Source: Blastocatellia bacterium
GTDB taxonomy: Bacteria; Acidobacteriota; Blastocatellia; UBA7656
NCBI GenBank assembly: GCA_035575515.1
Contig: DATLXU010000127.1
Coordinates: 97,356 to 161,355, forward strand
Length of the DNA stretch: 64,000 bases
Direction: 5' to 3'
Made by a program: the position numbers and the translations under genes. The notes beneath the pieces are model-generated. The model searched no databases and was not told the DNA's origin. It saw nothing but the letters and a program-made list of their open reading frames with translations. Shown here piece after piece: positions 10,401 to 22,219 of this stretch. Each line of letters begins with the position of its first letter. The first letter of the stretch is position 1.

Positions 10401-10520
10401 ATCGCAGGCAATTTTTGGAGCGATGCTTCACGCTTGCAGCCTTCAAAGAAGGTTTTCAAAAGAGCGGGCAAACCGCCGCACTCTGAAACTATTCAGAAAT
10501 CGCAAACGCGCGATTAGCGC

Positions 10521-11222
10521 ATGAACGAAAAGAAGCGCATTCTAATCGTCGACGACGAGCCGCAGATCACGCGCGTGCTCAGGCGCAGCCTGACCACGCA
10601 CGGCTACGACGTGCGCAGCGCCGCCGACGGTGAAAGCGCGCTTGAAACGTTCGGCGATTGGCCCGCCGATCTTGTCGTCACTGACCTTGCGATGCCGAAT
10701 GTCAATGGCATTGAGCTATGCCGACGATTGCGCGCTTTGTCGCGGGTTCCGATCATCGTGCTCTCGGTTCGCGGCGAAGAGCAGATGAAGGTTGAAGCGC
10801 TGGATGCGGGCGCGGATGATTATGTGACGAAGCCCTTTGGCATGGACGAGTTGCTTGCGCGCATCCGGGCGGCGCTGCGCCGCGCGCCTGAGGCTCACGC
10901 CGATGGCGAAGCTCTAACGATTTTGAAAGCGGGCGATTTTCGCGTTGACCTCGCAGCGCGCATCGTCACGGTCCAAGGCCGCGAAGTTCGCCTCACGCCG
11001 AAGGAATTCGACCTGCTGGTTTATATGATCGGCCACAGCGGAAGAGTTTTGACGCACCGCGCGCTGCTTGCCGCCGTGTGGGGCGGCAACTACGTCGAAC
11101 AGCACGAATATCTGCGTGTTTTCGTCGGGCAACTGAGAAAAAAGATTGAGCCAGACCCGGCCTCGCCGCGCTACATCCTGACAGAGCCGTGGATAGGTTA
11201 TCGGTTCAATCCCGGCGCGTGA
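10521..11222 (+). CDS. kdpE: OmpR-family response regulator KdpE
   Basis: Receiver domain (ILIVDDEP...DLAMP) plus winged-helix (LTPKEFDLL...GYRF); lies between the kdpD kinase half and the kdpFABC operon. Confidence 0.85.
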   Translation: MNEKKRILIVDDEPQITRVLRRSLTTHGYDVRSAADGESALETFGDWPADLVVTDLAMPNVNGIELCRRLRALSRVPIIVLSVRGEEQMKVEALDAGADDYVTKPFGMDELLARIRAALRRAPEAHADGEALTILKAGDFRVDLAARIVTVQGREVRLTPKEFDLLVYMIGHSGRVLTHRALLAAVWGGNYVEQHEYLRVFVGQLRKKIEPDPASPRYILTEPWIGYRFNPGA

Positions 11223-11261
11223 AACTCTCCTGTTTGTCCCGCATCAATCCTTACGAACTTT

Positions 11262-11292
11262 TTATAATCATTTTACTCCACCCTTACGCGCC
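11262..11292 (+). promoter_or_regulatory. Candidate KdpE operator (TTTATA-N5-TTTACT direct repeat) and promoter for the porin-kdpFABC operon
   Basis: TTTATAatcatTTTACTcc mirrors the E. coli kdpFABC KdpE box TTTATActtttTTTACAcc; followed by ccttacgcgc, which is also conserved at the second site at 21875. Confidence 0.5.
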
Positions 11293-11294
11293 CG

Positions 11295-12884
11295 GTGCTA
11301 GCCTGTGAATGTGACGAGGTCCTGCAAGGAACTGCGGCCAGCCGACGCGCTGGGGAGATGAAAATGGGGATAAAATTGTTGGCAGCAGCTTTCGCCATCG
11401 CGATGGTTGTTTTGTTGTGGCTGCGCGAATTCATCCTCAGCATTGGAAAAAAGAAGAAAGCTGGCAGTGTCCACGAGGTGCTCGTCGTGCGCGCAGAGGA
11501 TGAAAGAAGACCGCCAGAGCGCGCAGATGTGGAAGAGAGTCCAGACGAAGTTCAGCCCGACGCTTCATCGGTTGAGATTGAAGAGTTTCTTGCCGAGCTT
11601 CGCGCGAAGGCGCAAGACAAGCCGCGCAAGAATAACTCTCTTTTCTTGATAGCCATCCCGGCTCTAGTTGCAAGCTGGTTGCCTGCTGCGGCTTCAATCT
11701 GTCGCGCTCAAAGCTCTAGCATCAAGATAGGCCCGGTCGTTTCTGACAAGACTAATTCCGGCAAGTCGTTACTCGATAATGCGGTCGCTGAGGAAGTAGC
11801 GTCTCAAGAACCGCAGAAACAGCAGTCGAAGCCTGAATGGAACTATGGTGGCTTCGTGGATGTTGGCTACTCGCTCGATTTCAACCATCCGGCAAATCTG
11901 TTTTTCCGAAGTCGCGGTACCGCTTGGCACGTCGATAACTTGTATCTGAATATAGCGGGCGCATATGTGAAGAAAGATCCCTCCGAATCTTCACGATGGG
12001 GCGGTCAATTGACAGTCCAAGGGGGGAAAGATTCCGAGGTTTTTGGGTTCTCCGCAACGGCTCCAAACATCGGAGGTTTCAAAGTCCTTCGCCACCTCGG
12101 TCCAACAAATGTGTCTTATCTTGCGCCTGTGGGCAAGGGACTCACTGTGCAGGGTGGAATCTTCGGCAGTTTGATCGGCTACGACTCGCTCTACGCCAAG
12201 GATAATTTAGAATATACCAGACCGTGGGGAGCCGACTTCACGCCGTATTTGATGATGGGCGTCAACGCGAGTTATCCCTTCAACGAGAAGCTCACCGGCG
12301 CGTTCTTCGTGATCAATGGATACTGGCATCTGGCCAACGCGAACAGTGTCCCTAGTTCGGGTGGCCAACTTGCCTATAAGGCAAGCCCGCGCGTGACAGT
12401 GAAGGAAACGGTTCTTTGGGGGCCTCATCAGTCGAACACCTCATTCAAGTTCTGGCGCTTCCTTACGGACACCATTGTCGAATGCAAGACAGATCGAGTT
12501 ACTTTTGCATTTGAATACATCTACTCGTCGGAACGTGTTGACGCTCTTGGAACGCCCCGCGCCTTGATGATGGCTGGCCAGTTGCCGGTGCATTTTGCTT
12601 TGAACAAACGGTGGAGTGCAACCGTTCGACCTGAGGTTTTCTGGGATCGCAATGGCCGGTGGACCTTAGCCAGGCAGACCGTCAAAGCCATCACGACTAC
12701 GCTCGAATATCGCATCCCGTACCGACAAACCAATACGATCCTGCGGCTGGAGCACCGGTATGACGATTCGCGGGGGCCAGATGGAGGCTTCTTCAGAGGT
12801 GCTGAAGTACAGCCAGGCATGGTCGGCTTGACGCCAACCCAGCACCTTTTGATTTTCGGGCTGCTCTTCACGTTCGACCGCTAA
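11295..12884 (+). CDS. Predicted outer-membrane beta-barrel porin co-transcribed with kdpFABC; start codon uncertain (11364 preferred)
   Basis: C-terminal ~380 aa show alternating amphipathic beta-strand patterns ending in the aromatic terminus LLFTFDR; the N-terminus is unusual (TM-like segment, acidic linker, second hydrophobic segment). Confidence 0.5.
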   Translation: MLACECDEVLQGTAASRRAGEMKMGIKLLAAAFAIAMVVLLWLREFILSIGKKKKAGSVHEVLVVRAEDERRPPERADVEESPDEVQPDASSVEIEEFLAELRAKAQDKPRKNNSLFLIAIPALVASWLPAAASICRAQSSSIKIGPVVSDKTNSGKSLLDNAVAEEVASQEPQKQQSKPEWNYGGFVDVGYSLDFNHPANLFFRSRGTAWHVDNLYLNIAGAYVKKDPSESSRWGGQLTVQGGKDSEVFGFSATAPNIGGFKVLRHLGPTNVSYLAPVGKGLTVQGGIFGSLIGYDSLYAKDNLEYTRPWGADFTPYLMMGVNASYPFNEKLTGAFFVINGYWHLANANSVPSSGGQLAYKASPRVTVKETVLWGPHQSNTSFKFWRFLTDTIVECKTDRVTFAFEYIYSSERVDALGTPRALMMAGQLPVHFALNKRWSATVRPEVFWDRNGRWTLARQTVKAITTTLEYRIPYRQTNTILRLEHRYDDSRGPDGGFFRGAEVQPGMVGLTPTQHLLIFGLLFTFDR

Positions 12885-12895
12885 GGATCCGGGTA

Positions 12896-13096
12896 GTGGA
12901 GGTGACAGAACTTTACACAGAGCTTAAAGCGCGACACGAGGCCGGCATATCGGAGTGGTCTCTGGTAAAGCGAATGGCGGAGGTCTTCGTCAAAGACCTT
13001 CGTTACTACATAGATTTCCTTATGGCTTGCTTTCTAGTCTGGCGTGAATTGCGCCGCGAGAGGGAAAGCGCAAAGAACAAGGATATTGCGGGGTAG
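12896..13096 (+). CDS. Hypothetical small protein between porin and kdpF
   Basis: 66-aa ORF with no recognisable family; coding status uncertain. Confidence 0.2.
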   Translation: MEVTELYTELKARHEAGISEWSLVKRMAEVFVKDLRYYIDFLMACFLVWRELRRERESAKNKDIAG

Positions 13097-13190
13097 ACAT
13101 GGGAGACATCATCTTCATCGCGCTGACAATTGTTTTCTTCGCCTTGTCCGTCTGGTACGTCCGATTCTGCGAAAAGGTGTAGGAGCCAAG

Positions 13191-13283
13191 ATGACGAATA
13201 TCGAATACATAATCAGCGGAGTAATTGCCCTGCTGTTGCTCTTTTATCTGATGTACGCGCTACTCAAGCCAGAGAGGTTTTAG
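13191..13283 (+). CDS. kdpF: Potassium-transporting ATPase subunit F
   Basis: [30 protein letters not shown], cf. E. coli KdpF MSAGVITGVLLVFLLLGYLVYALINAEAF; missed by the 60-aa ORF cutoff. Confidence 0.8.
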   Translation: MTNIEYIISGVIALLLLFYLMYALLKPERF

Positions 13284-14155
13284 AGCGTGTTGAGAAATTA
13301 GAGGAGAGGCAGTGGAAATGGGTAAACTGTCATTGCCATGAACCGCACAACCCTATCCATCTGACCTCTCCGATGAGCAGTGGAAACTGCTCGAACCTAT
13401 GTTACCACCTGCGGTTCCTGCGCGGTCGCAAGCGAACGGTGGATTTGCGCGAAATTGTCAACGCTATCCTTTACCTGCTGCGGACGGGTTGTGCTTGGCG
13501 TTATTTGCCTCACGAGTTCCCCGAGTGGACGACCGTTTATTATTACTTGCGGTTGCTGGCGCGACTTAGACTGGTTCGCCAAACTCAACGGCGAATTACG
13601 CAGCCCGCATCCGCAGGGCTTACGGACGCGACCGTAGACCCTAGCGCCGCCATCATCGATTCGCAATCGGTAAAGACGACCGAGCACGGGCGGCGAAAAA
13701 GGCTATGACGCGGGCAAGAAAGTCAATTGGCGCAAGCGTCATATCCTGGTCGATACCTTGGGCTTGTTGCTCTCGGTCAAAGTCTTGGCAGCCAATATCC
13801 AAGACCGCGGGGAGCGCGAAAGCCTTACTCGATGAAGTCAAAGAACGACCCCCGCGCCTCCACTTGATCTGGGCCGATGGCGGCTATGGCGGCAAGTTGA
13901 TTACTTGGGTAGCGACGAAGCGGTTTGTGGTTATTGCAAGTCGTCAAGCGCACAGATGACGTCAAAGGCTTCGTGGTTTTGCCCAGACGATGGGTCGTTG
14001 AACTTGCCCTTCGGCTGGCTGGGTCGCCCGCCGACGATTGAGCAAAGACTATGAGCGGCATTGTGAATCCTCCGAGTCGTTTGTTTATCTGGCGATGATT
14101 CACCTGATGCTCAAGCGGTTGAAGCCTATGCGAACTTAATTTCTCAACACGCTCT
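13284..14155 (+). mobile_element. Decayed IS5-family insertion sequence with perfect 19-bp terminal inverted repeats, inserted between kdpF and kdpA
   Basis: Left IR AGAGCGTGTTGAGAAATTA (13282-13300) and right-end reverse complement TAATTTCTCAACACGCTCT (14137-14155); internal reading frames encode transposase fragments. Confidence 0.8.
13363..14133 (+). pseudogene. IS5-family (DDE) transposase disrupted by at least four frameshifts
   Basis: [16 protein letters not shown] / [30 protein letters not shown] / [14 protein letters not shown] / [24 protein letters not shown] / LIWADGGYGGKLI / [18 protein letters not shown] lie in three different frames. Confidence 0.8.
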
Positions 14156-14160
14156 TAGAT

Positions 14161-15936
14161 ATGACTATCAACGGTTGGTTGCAAATCCTGTTATTCCTCG
14201 CGGCAATCTTGCTGGTCACAAAGCCGCTCGGTGTCTATATGGCGCGAGTGTTTAATCGCGAGAAAACGTTTCTCGATAGGGTGTTGCGCCCAATCGAACA
14301 ACTTATCTATCGCCTGACTCGCGTTGACGAATCGCGCGAGATGCGCTGGACCGAGTACGCCGTCGCGATGCTACTGTTCAGTGCCGTCTCGATGGTGGTG
14401 CTATACCTACTTCAGCGGCTTCAAGGTGTGCTGCCTTTCAACCCACAGAACCTGTCAGGCGTCGGAGATCATTCATCTTTCAACACAGCCGCGTCGTTCA
14501 CGACAAACACCAACTGGCAAAGCTACGTGCCAGAAACGACGATGAGCTACCTGACGCAGATGGCCGGGCTCGCTTATCACAATTTCGTCTCTGCCGCGGT
14601 CGGCATCGCACTCGCCATTGCCTTCATTCGTGGCATCGCCCGGCGCGAGAAAGACACAATCGGCAACTTCTGGGTTGACTTTGTGCGCTGCACCCTCTGG
14701 GTGCTTGTCCCGTTCTGCGTAATCGGCGCGCTCGCGCTCGTCTCGCAGGGCGTCGTACAAAACCTCAAACCTTATGACACGGCGAAGCTCGTCGAGCCGC
14801 TGACGGTAGAAAAAGAGTTGGAGGATGGCAGGAAAACTACGGAGACAGTCATCGAGCAGGTGATAGCTCAAGGGCCTGTCGCGTCGCAGGAGATAATCAA
14901 AGAGTTGGGCACAAACGGTGGAGGGTTCTTCAACGCCAATAGTGCGCACCCGTTTGAAAATCCCACGCCGCTTGCGAACTTCATAGAACTGTTTGCCATC
15001 TTCGCCATCTCTTCGGGGCTTACTTACACGCTAGGGCGAATGACCGGCTCGCAGCGACACGGTTGGGCCGTGTGGGGAGCGATGGCCGCGCTGTTTCTGG
15101 TCGGAGTCGCAGTCAGCTACTGGTCAGAAGCGCGAGGCAACCCGCTGCTTGCGGGCACTGACCAGACCGTAAGCGCGATGCAATCGGGCGGCAACATGGA
15201 AGGCAAAGAAGTCCGCTTCGGCATTGCCAACTCTGCGCTGTTTGCAACCGTCACGACCGACGCATCGTGCGGTGCGGTCAACTCGATGCTTGACTCATAC
15301 ACGCCGCTCGGCGGGCTTGTGCCGCTTACAAATATGATGCTCGGCGAAGTCATATTCGGCGGCGTCGGCGCTGGTATGTACGGCATTCTGATTTTCGTAA
15401 TACTTTCAGTCTTCATCGCGGGATTGATGGTCGGTCGCACGCCTGAATACTTGGGCAAGAAGATTGAAAGCTATGACGTGAAGATGGCGATGCTCGCCGT
15501 GCTGATCTTCCCTCTGACAATTCTCATACTGGCGGGCATATCGGCAATCTCGCCGTCGTTTGGCACATCGAGCATCTTAAATCCCGGCCCGCATGGGCTT
15601 TCAGAGATTCTTTACGCTTACACTTCCGGCACTGGCAACAACGGCTCTGCGTTCGCAGGGATTTCTGCCAACACGCCCTGGTACAACACGACAATTGGGC
15701 TGGCGATGCTTATCGGGCGATTCCTGATAATCATCCCGATGCTTGCTGTCGCGGGCAATCTCGGTCGCAAGAAGATAGTGCCGCCATCGCTCGGAACGTT
15801 TCCCGTAACGACGCCGCTGTTCACGGCGCTGCTCGTCTCGGTGATCGTGATTGTTGGTGCATTGACTTTCTTTCCTGCGCTGAGCCTTGGCCCCATTGTT
15901 GAACACTTGCTGATGGGAGCGGGACAAAGTTTCTGA
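14161..15936 (+). CDS. kdpA: Potassium-transporting ATPase subunit A
   Basis: [32 protein letters not shown]-terminus and selectivity-filter-like regions; 591 aa. Confidence 0.9.
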   Translation: MTINGWLQILLFLAAILLVTKPLGVYMARVFNREKTFLDRVLRPIEQLIYRLTRVDESREMRWTEYAVAMLLFSAVSMVVLYLLQRLQGVLPFNPQNLSGVGDHSSFNTAASFTTNTNWQSYVPETTMSYLTQMAGLAYHNFVSAAVGIALAIAFIRGIARREKDTIGNFWVDFVRCTLWVLVPFCVIGALALVSQGVVQNLKPYDTAKLVEPLTVEKELEDGRKTTETVIEQVIAQGPVASQEIIKELGTNGGGFFNANSAHPFENPTPLANFIELFAIFAISSGLTYTLGRMTGSQRHGWAVWGAMAALFLVGVAVSYWSEARGNPLLAGTDQTVSAMQSGGNMEGKEVRFGIANSALFATVTTDASCGAVNSMLDSYTPLGGLVPLTNMMLGEVIFGGVGAGMYGILIFVILSVFIAGLMVGRTPEYLGKKIESYDVKMAMLAVLIFPLTILILAGISAISPSFGTSSILNPGPHGLSEILYAYTSGTGNNGSAFAGISANTPWYNTTIGLAMLIGRFLIIIPMLAVAGNLGRKKIVPPSLGTFPVTTPLFTALLVSVIVIVGALTFFPALSLGPIVEHLLMGAGQSF

Positions 15937-15944
15937 GGTCGAAC

Positions 15945-18004
<2,060 letters not shown>

Positions 18005-18008
<4 letters not shown>

Positions 18009-18562
18009 AAAACTTTGTGACGGCTATATTGATGGCGATAGTGACGACGATTTTGCTTGGTCTGGTTTATCCGCTCGTCGTAACGGGACTCGCGCAGGTC
18101 ATATTCCCTGACAAAGCCAACGGGCAGTTGATCGTGCGCTATGGCACGGTCATAGGCTCGCGCATCATTGGCCAGCCTTTCGCATCGCCGCGCTACTTTC
18201 ATTCGCGGCCTTCTGCGGCGGGCGCGGGCTATGACGCGGGCGCGTCTTCAGGCTCGAATCTCGGCCCGACCAATAACGCTTTGATCGAGCGCGTGAAGAC
18301 GGATGTCGAAAGCCGACAAAAAGAGAATCCTAACGCGCCCGTGCCGATTGATCTGGTGACGGCTTCGGCTTCTGGGCTCGACCCGCACATCTCACCGGCA
18401 GCGGCAGAATTTCAGGTGCCGCGAGTGGCGCAAGCGCGCGGATTGAGTGTTGATGAGGTGCGCCGTCTTGTGCAAGAGCATACCGAAGGCAGGACGTTCG
18501 GGATATTAGGCGAGCCGCGCGTCAACGTGCTCGAATTGAACCTGGCGCTGGATAAAAAGTGA
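18005..18562 (+). CDS. kdpC: Potassium-transporting ATPase subunit C
   Basis: Single N-terminal TM helix plus [14 protein letters not shown], the KdpC signature; overlaps the kdpB stop. Confidence 0.88.
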
Positions 18563-18632
18563 AAAGTGAAAAGTGGATAACAGCGAGAAGCTTGCCTTAA
18601 CACTATTCACTATTCGCTTTTCACTATTCGAT
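18563..18632. repeat. Intergenic heptamer-repeat palindrome (aaaagtg)3 ... (cactatt)3
   Basis: aaaagtgaaaagtgaaaagtg ... cactattcactattcgcttttcactattc between kdpC and the downstream kinase. Confidence 0.6.
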
Positions 18633-20525
18633 ATGAATAGCCTGAGACAAAAGCTGGCACTGAGCTACGGGTTGCTGATAATCATTATCTTCGCCGTCAG
18701 CGCGTGGAGCATCTATCATCTTGTGACGCTTGGCCGGGCGATTGATGTAATACTGGTTAATAACTACAAGAGCATCGTCGCAGCCGAGAATATGAAAGAA
18801 GCTCTTGAGCGACAGGATTCCGCAGCGATGTTTTTCATCGCCAGCCACGCCGACAAGGCTCGCCAGCAATTTGAAGCGAACAGCCAAAAGTTTTCTCAGG
18901 AATTTGAAATCGCCGCAAATAACATCACCGAAAAAGGCGAGCCGGAAATCATCAACGACATAAACGCGAAGTATCAGGCTTACCGAAGCGAGCTTGAAAG
19001 TTTTCTCAACCCGGCAGCGACTCTAACAGCAGCCAAGCAGTCCAACATCTACTTTGAAAGGCTTGAGCCGCAGTTCATCGCAATCAAAGACAAGCTGGAC
19101 GACTTGCTGCGCCTCAACCAGCAGGCTATGGTCGCGGCCAACGACCGCGCCATTTCCGTATCGCAACGCGCGGAGATTTCGACCGCAGTAACGGCGGCGC
19201 TCGCGCTTGCTCTGGCTTTGATATTCGCGTGGCAATTCACGCGCTACGTCGTCACGCCAATTTCAACTCTCAGCCAGAAGGCACGGCTGATAGGTGAAGG
19301 CGACCTGGATCAGCGCATAAGCGTTTCATCAAAAGATGAGATAGGCGTGCTTGCTGCGGAGTTCAACCGTATGCTTTTACGATTGCGCGAGGCGCGCAAA
19401 TTCGATTATGGGCGATTGCTTATCGAGCAGAAAAAATCGGATGCGGTGATTGATTCTCTCTACGAGCCGGTGATAGTGACCGATGCGCGCGGCCACGTTA
19501 TTAAGATCAATCGCGCGGCCAGCCAGTTGTTCAGCAACGGCAATAAAGGCGACTTGGATTTTTCACTGTCGCAATTCACGGGGGGCGAGCGCATACTGCG
19601 CGTGGTGCGCGATGTTGTTGCGATGCAGCGGCCCGTCGCCGCCGAAGGCGAGGCTGCGCTTGTGCCAATCGAGGTAGGCGGAGCCGAGCGCAGCTTTCGA
19701 CTGCGCGCAACTCCCATGCGCGACTCTGACGGGCGATTGCTTGGCGCAGTCACGGTACTTGAAGATGTCACAGCCATAACAGAGGTTGACAGGCTGAAAA
19801 CAGAATTCATCTCCGTCGCATCGGGCAAGCTGCGCGAGCCGCTTCATTCGCTTCAACTCGCGCTTCATGCAGTCATCGGAGGCTACGCAGGCGAGTTGAA
19901 CGATCAACAAGCGGATATGCTCGTGACAGCGCAGGAGAATGCAGAGAAGCTCGAAGAGATGATGAATGACCTGCTTCAGTTGGCAGAGATTGAATCGGGC
20001 GCGCGACGGCTTTCAATTCAACGGCTCCGCCCCGTTGATCTGGCGCGCGCTTGCGTTGAGAGGTTTCGCCCTCTAGCTGAAAGCAAACAGATTAAACTTG
20101 AAAACAATGTCTGGCCTGACCTGCCGTGGGTTGTTGGCGACCGCGAAGCTGTCGCGCGCGTCTTTGATAACTTGCTGTCGAATGCTATACGCCACACAGG
20201 GCGCGGCGGGCGCGTCACGATTGAAGCAAGAGAGCGCGCTGGGCGAGTCTTTTTCAGCGTGCGCGATACGGGCGAGGGCATACCTGAAGAGCACCTGCCC
20301 GTTTTATTCAGTCGCTTCGCTCGCGTTGGCAATAAAGCGGGCAGCACTGGGTTAGGGCTGGCTCTGGTGAAACGATTGGTGGAAGCGCAGGGAGGGCAAG
20401 TCAGCGTCGAAAGTCGCGTGGGCGAAGGCTCGACCTTTACTTTCACGATGCTCGAAGGCGGCCCTGCAAGCGTCAGGAGCACTGACCAGACGCGGGGACG
20501 CGGAGACGCGGAGACGCGACGATGA
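18633..20525 (+). CDS. Sensor histidine kinase (TM-periplasmic-TM, HAMP, PAS, HisKA, HATPase); the ORF track allows an earlier start at 18573
   Basis: Two TM segments, HAMP (EFNRMLLRLREA), PAS-like region, H-box, N/G boxes (HTGRGG, GLGLALVK); 3' end encodes RGRGDAETRR from GC-rich tandem repeats. Confidence 0.8.
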   Translation: MNSLRQKLALSYGLLIIIIFAVSAWSIYHLVTLGRAIDVILVNNYKSIVAAENMKEALERQDSAAMFFIASHADKARQQFEANSQKFSQEFEIAANNITEKGEPEIINDINAKYQAYRSELESFLNPAATLTAAKQSNIYFERLEPQFIAIKDKLDDLLRLNQQAMVAANDRAISVSQRAEISTAVTAALALALALIFAWQFTRYVVTPISTLSQKARLIGEGDLDQRISVSSKDEIGVLAAEFNRMLLRLREARKFDYGRLLIEQKKSDAVIDSLYEPVIVTDARGHVIKINRAASQLFSNGNKGDLDFSLSQFTGGERILRVVRDVVAMQRPVAAEGEAALVPIEVGGAERSFRLRATPMRDSDGRLLGAVTVLEDVTAITEVDRLKTEFISVASGKLREPLHSLQLALHAVIGGYAGELNDQQADMLVTAQENAEKLEEMMNDLLQLAEIESGARRLSIQRLRPVDLARACVERFRPLAESKQIKLENNVWPDLPWVVGDREAVARVFDNLLSNAIRHTGRGGRVTIEARERAGRVFFSVRDTGEGIPEEHLPVLFSRFARVGNKAGSTGLGLALVKRLVEAQGGQVSVESRVGEGSTFTFTMLEGGPASVRSTDQTRGRGDAETRR

Positions 20526-20586
20526 AACTTTCTAAACGAACCATTGCCGCATCTCAGATATAGGGCAGTTAGTTCAGTAATAAACA

Positions 20587-21732
20587 ATGAGCCAGGTTGT
20601 TGACACACGACCGAAAGCAGAGTCGCTGCTTGCACGGCAGCAACAGGCGCGGCGCGCGTGGCTGCGATTGTATATCGGCGCGGCTCCTGGCGTCGGCAAG
20701 ACTTATCAAATGCTCGAAGAGGCGCATCTTCTCAGGCGACAGGGCGTAGATATAGTCATCGGCCTCATCGAGCCGCATGGCCGCGCTGAAACCATAGCTT
20801 TGATAGACGAACTTGAGCGCGTTCCGCTGCGCCGAATAGAGTATCGCGGCGTCACGCTTGAAGAGATGGACGTTGAGCGTGTCATTGCGCGCAAGCCCGA
20901 AGTGGTCATCGTTGACGAGCTGGCGCACACGAACGTTCCCGGCTCGAAACATCACAAGCGATATGAAGATGTGCTGGAAATACTTGACGCAGGAATCTCT
21001 TGTATCACCGCATTCAATGTACAGCACATAGAATCGCTCAACGATACCATCGCGCGCATAACGGGCGTTCGCGTGCGCGAGACGATACCGGATTATTTCC
21101 TGCGCCGCGCCGATGAAGTGGTTAACATTGATGTATCGGTTGACACGCTGCGCACGCGGCTTCGTCAGGGAAAGATTTACAGCATAGAAAAGATCGAGCA
21201 GGCGCTTGCCAACTTCTTTCGCAAGGGCAATCTATCTGCGCTGCGCGAGCTTGCGCTGCGCCAGGTTGCCGAAGATCAGGCTGCAAAGGCGCACGACTAC
21301 CGCGAGCGCGAGGGACTAGAGCAGGCGGCAATTCCTGAAAAAGTCATGGTCTGCATGTCATCGCGTAGCAGCGCAAAAAAACTCCTGCGCACAGGCTCGC
21401 GCATTGCCGGACGGTTTGCTTCGGACTGGTACGCGGTCTATGTCGAAACGCCTCGCGAGGAGCCTAGCCGTATCAAGCCAGAAGACCATGCGGCGCTGAT
21501 GGAAAACATCCGATTTGCCGAAGAACTGGGCGCGAAAGTGGTACAGCTCAAAGCGCGCTGGGTTGCCGACGCGCTCATCGAATTTGCGCGGCGCGAAGGC
21601 GTCACGCACGTTGTCTTCGGCCAATCGGCCCGCTCCCGCTGGGACATACTGCTACGCGGTTCGGTAATAAATCGCTTTCTGAACGAGGTGCGCGACGCGA
21701 CTGTGCAAGTCGTCCCGCTTTCTGAAGGATGA
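20587..21732 (+). CDS. kdpD: KdpD N-terminal sensor domain plus Usp domain as a stand-alone protein; no TM or kinase
   Basis: GAAPGVGKTYQML Walker-A-like motif of the KdpD N-domain, then a Usp-like C-terminal half (KVMVCMSSRSS...HVVFGQS). Confidence 0.8.
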   Translation: MSQVVDTRPKAESLLARQQQARRAWLRLYIGAAPGVGKTYQMLEEAHLLRRQGVDIVIGLIEPHGRAETIALIDELERVPLRRIEYRGVTLEEMDVERVIARKPEVVIVDELAHTNVPGSKHHKRYEDVLEILDAGISCITAFNVQHIESLNDTIARITGVRVRETIPDYFLRRADEVVNIDVSVDTLRTRLRQGKIYSIEKIEQALANFFRKGNLSALRELALRQVAEDQAAKAHDYREREGLEQAAIPEKVMVCMSSRSSAKKLLRTGSRIAGRFASDWYAVYVETPREEPSRIKPEDHAALMENIRFAEELGAKVVQLKARWVADALIEFARREGVTHVVFGQSARSRWDILLRGSVINRFLNEVRDATVQVVPLSEG

Positions 21733-21863
21733 AAAAGAGACGCGGCGACCCGAAGATGCGATAATATATTTGTGTCAAGCGCGCTGTCGCCGCGTCGCCC
21801 TATCGCCGCGTCTACGTGTCCACGCGTCTCCGCGTCGTTTCTTCCATTTACCTCGTCGCAATC

Positions 21864-21905
21864 TTTATGAAAACTTTATAAACTTTTTACGCCATCCTTA
21901 CGCGC
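21864..21905 (+). promoter_or_regulatory. Candidate KdpE operator: TTTATG-N5-TTTATA-N5-TTTACG direct repeats, upstream of small ORFs and the KimA-like gene
   Basis: TTTATAaacttTTTACGcc, then atccttacgcgc, nearly identical to the site at 11262-11292. Confidence 0.5.
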
Positions 21906-22027
21906 GAAGTCTTACCGTGATTATTTGAGAGACTGTATGAACCGCAAATCGCGCTCGCCTATTTTGCCTGCCATCATCTCTTTGTTGTGGAGATCGGGAT
22001 CAACTTTAACTGAAAAGAGTAACTGCT

Positions 22028-22201
22028 ATGGACCCGTTTGTAATTATATTTGCCGCGCTTCTGCTCATCGCATGGCTCGTAGCTGATGCTCACGATAGGC
22101 GCGCGAAGAGGAAGATTGAAAATGCGACGACAACGTCGCACAACCGCTCGGATGGGCAAGAGAAAAGCAAGCGCGCAGATAGAGCAACGCGAGACTCATG
22201 A
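22028..22201 (+). CDS. Possible small membrane protein (57 aa)
   Basis: MDPFVIIFAALLLIAWLVADAH... single TM then a basic tail; below the ORF-track length cutoff. Confidence 0.25.
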   Translation: MDPFVIIFAALLLIAWLVADAHDRRAKRKIENATTTSHNRSDGQEKSKRADRATRDS

Positions 22202-22219
22202 AACGGACTTTGAAAACCG

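Noticed and set aside
12207-12871. Minus-strand ORFs inside the porin gene
   Set aside because: No motifs. Antisense to the ORF with beta-barrel strand periodicity and a C-terminal Phe signature.
18540-18640. Possible CRISPR-like short repeats (aaaagtg x3, cactatt x3)
   Set aside because: Only 7-bp units with no spacers and no cas genes. It fits the heptamer-palindrome family, not CRISPR.
20018-20635. 205-aa minus-strand ORF overlapping the kinase 3' end and the KdpD N-domain gene 5' end
   Set aside because: Pro/Ser/Arg-rich, with no start context. It spans an intergenic region and two well-supported genes.
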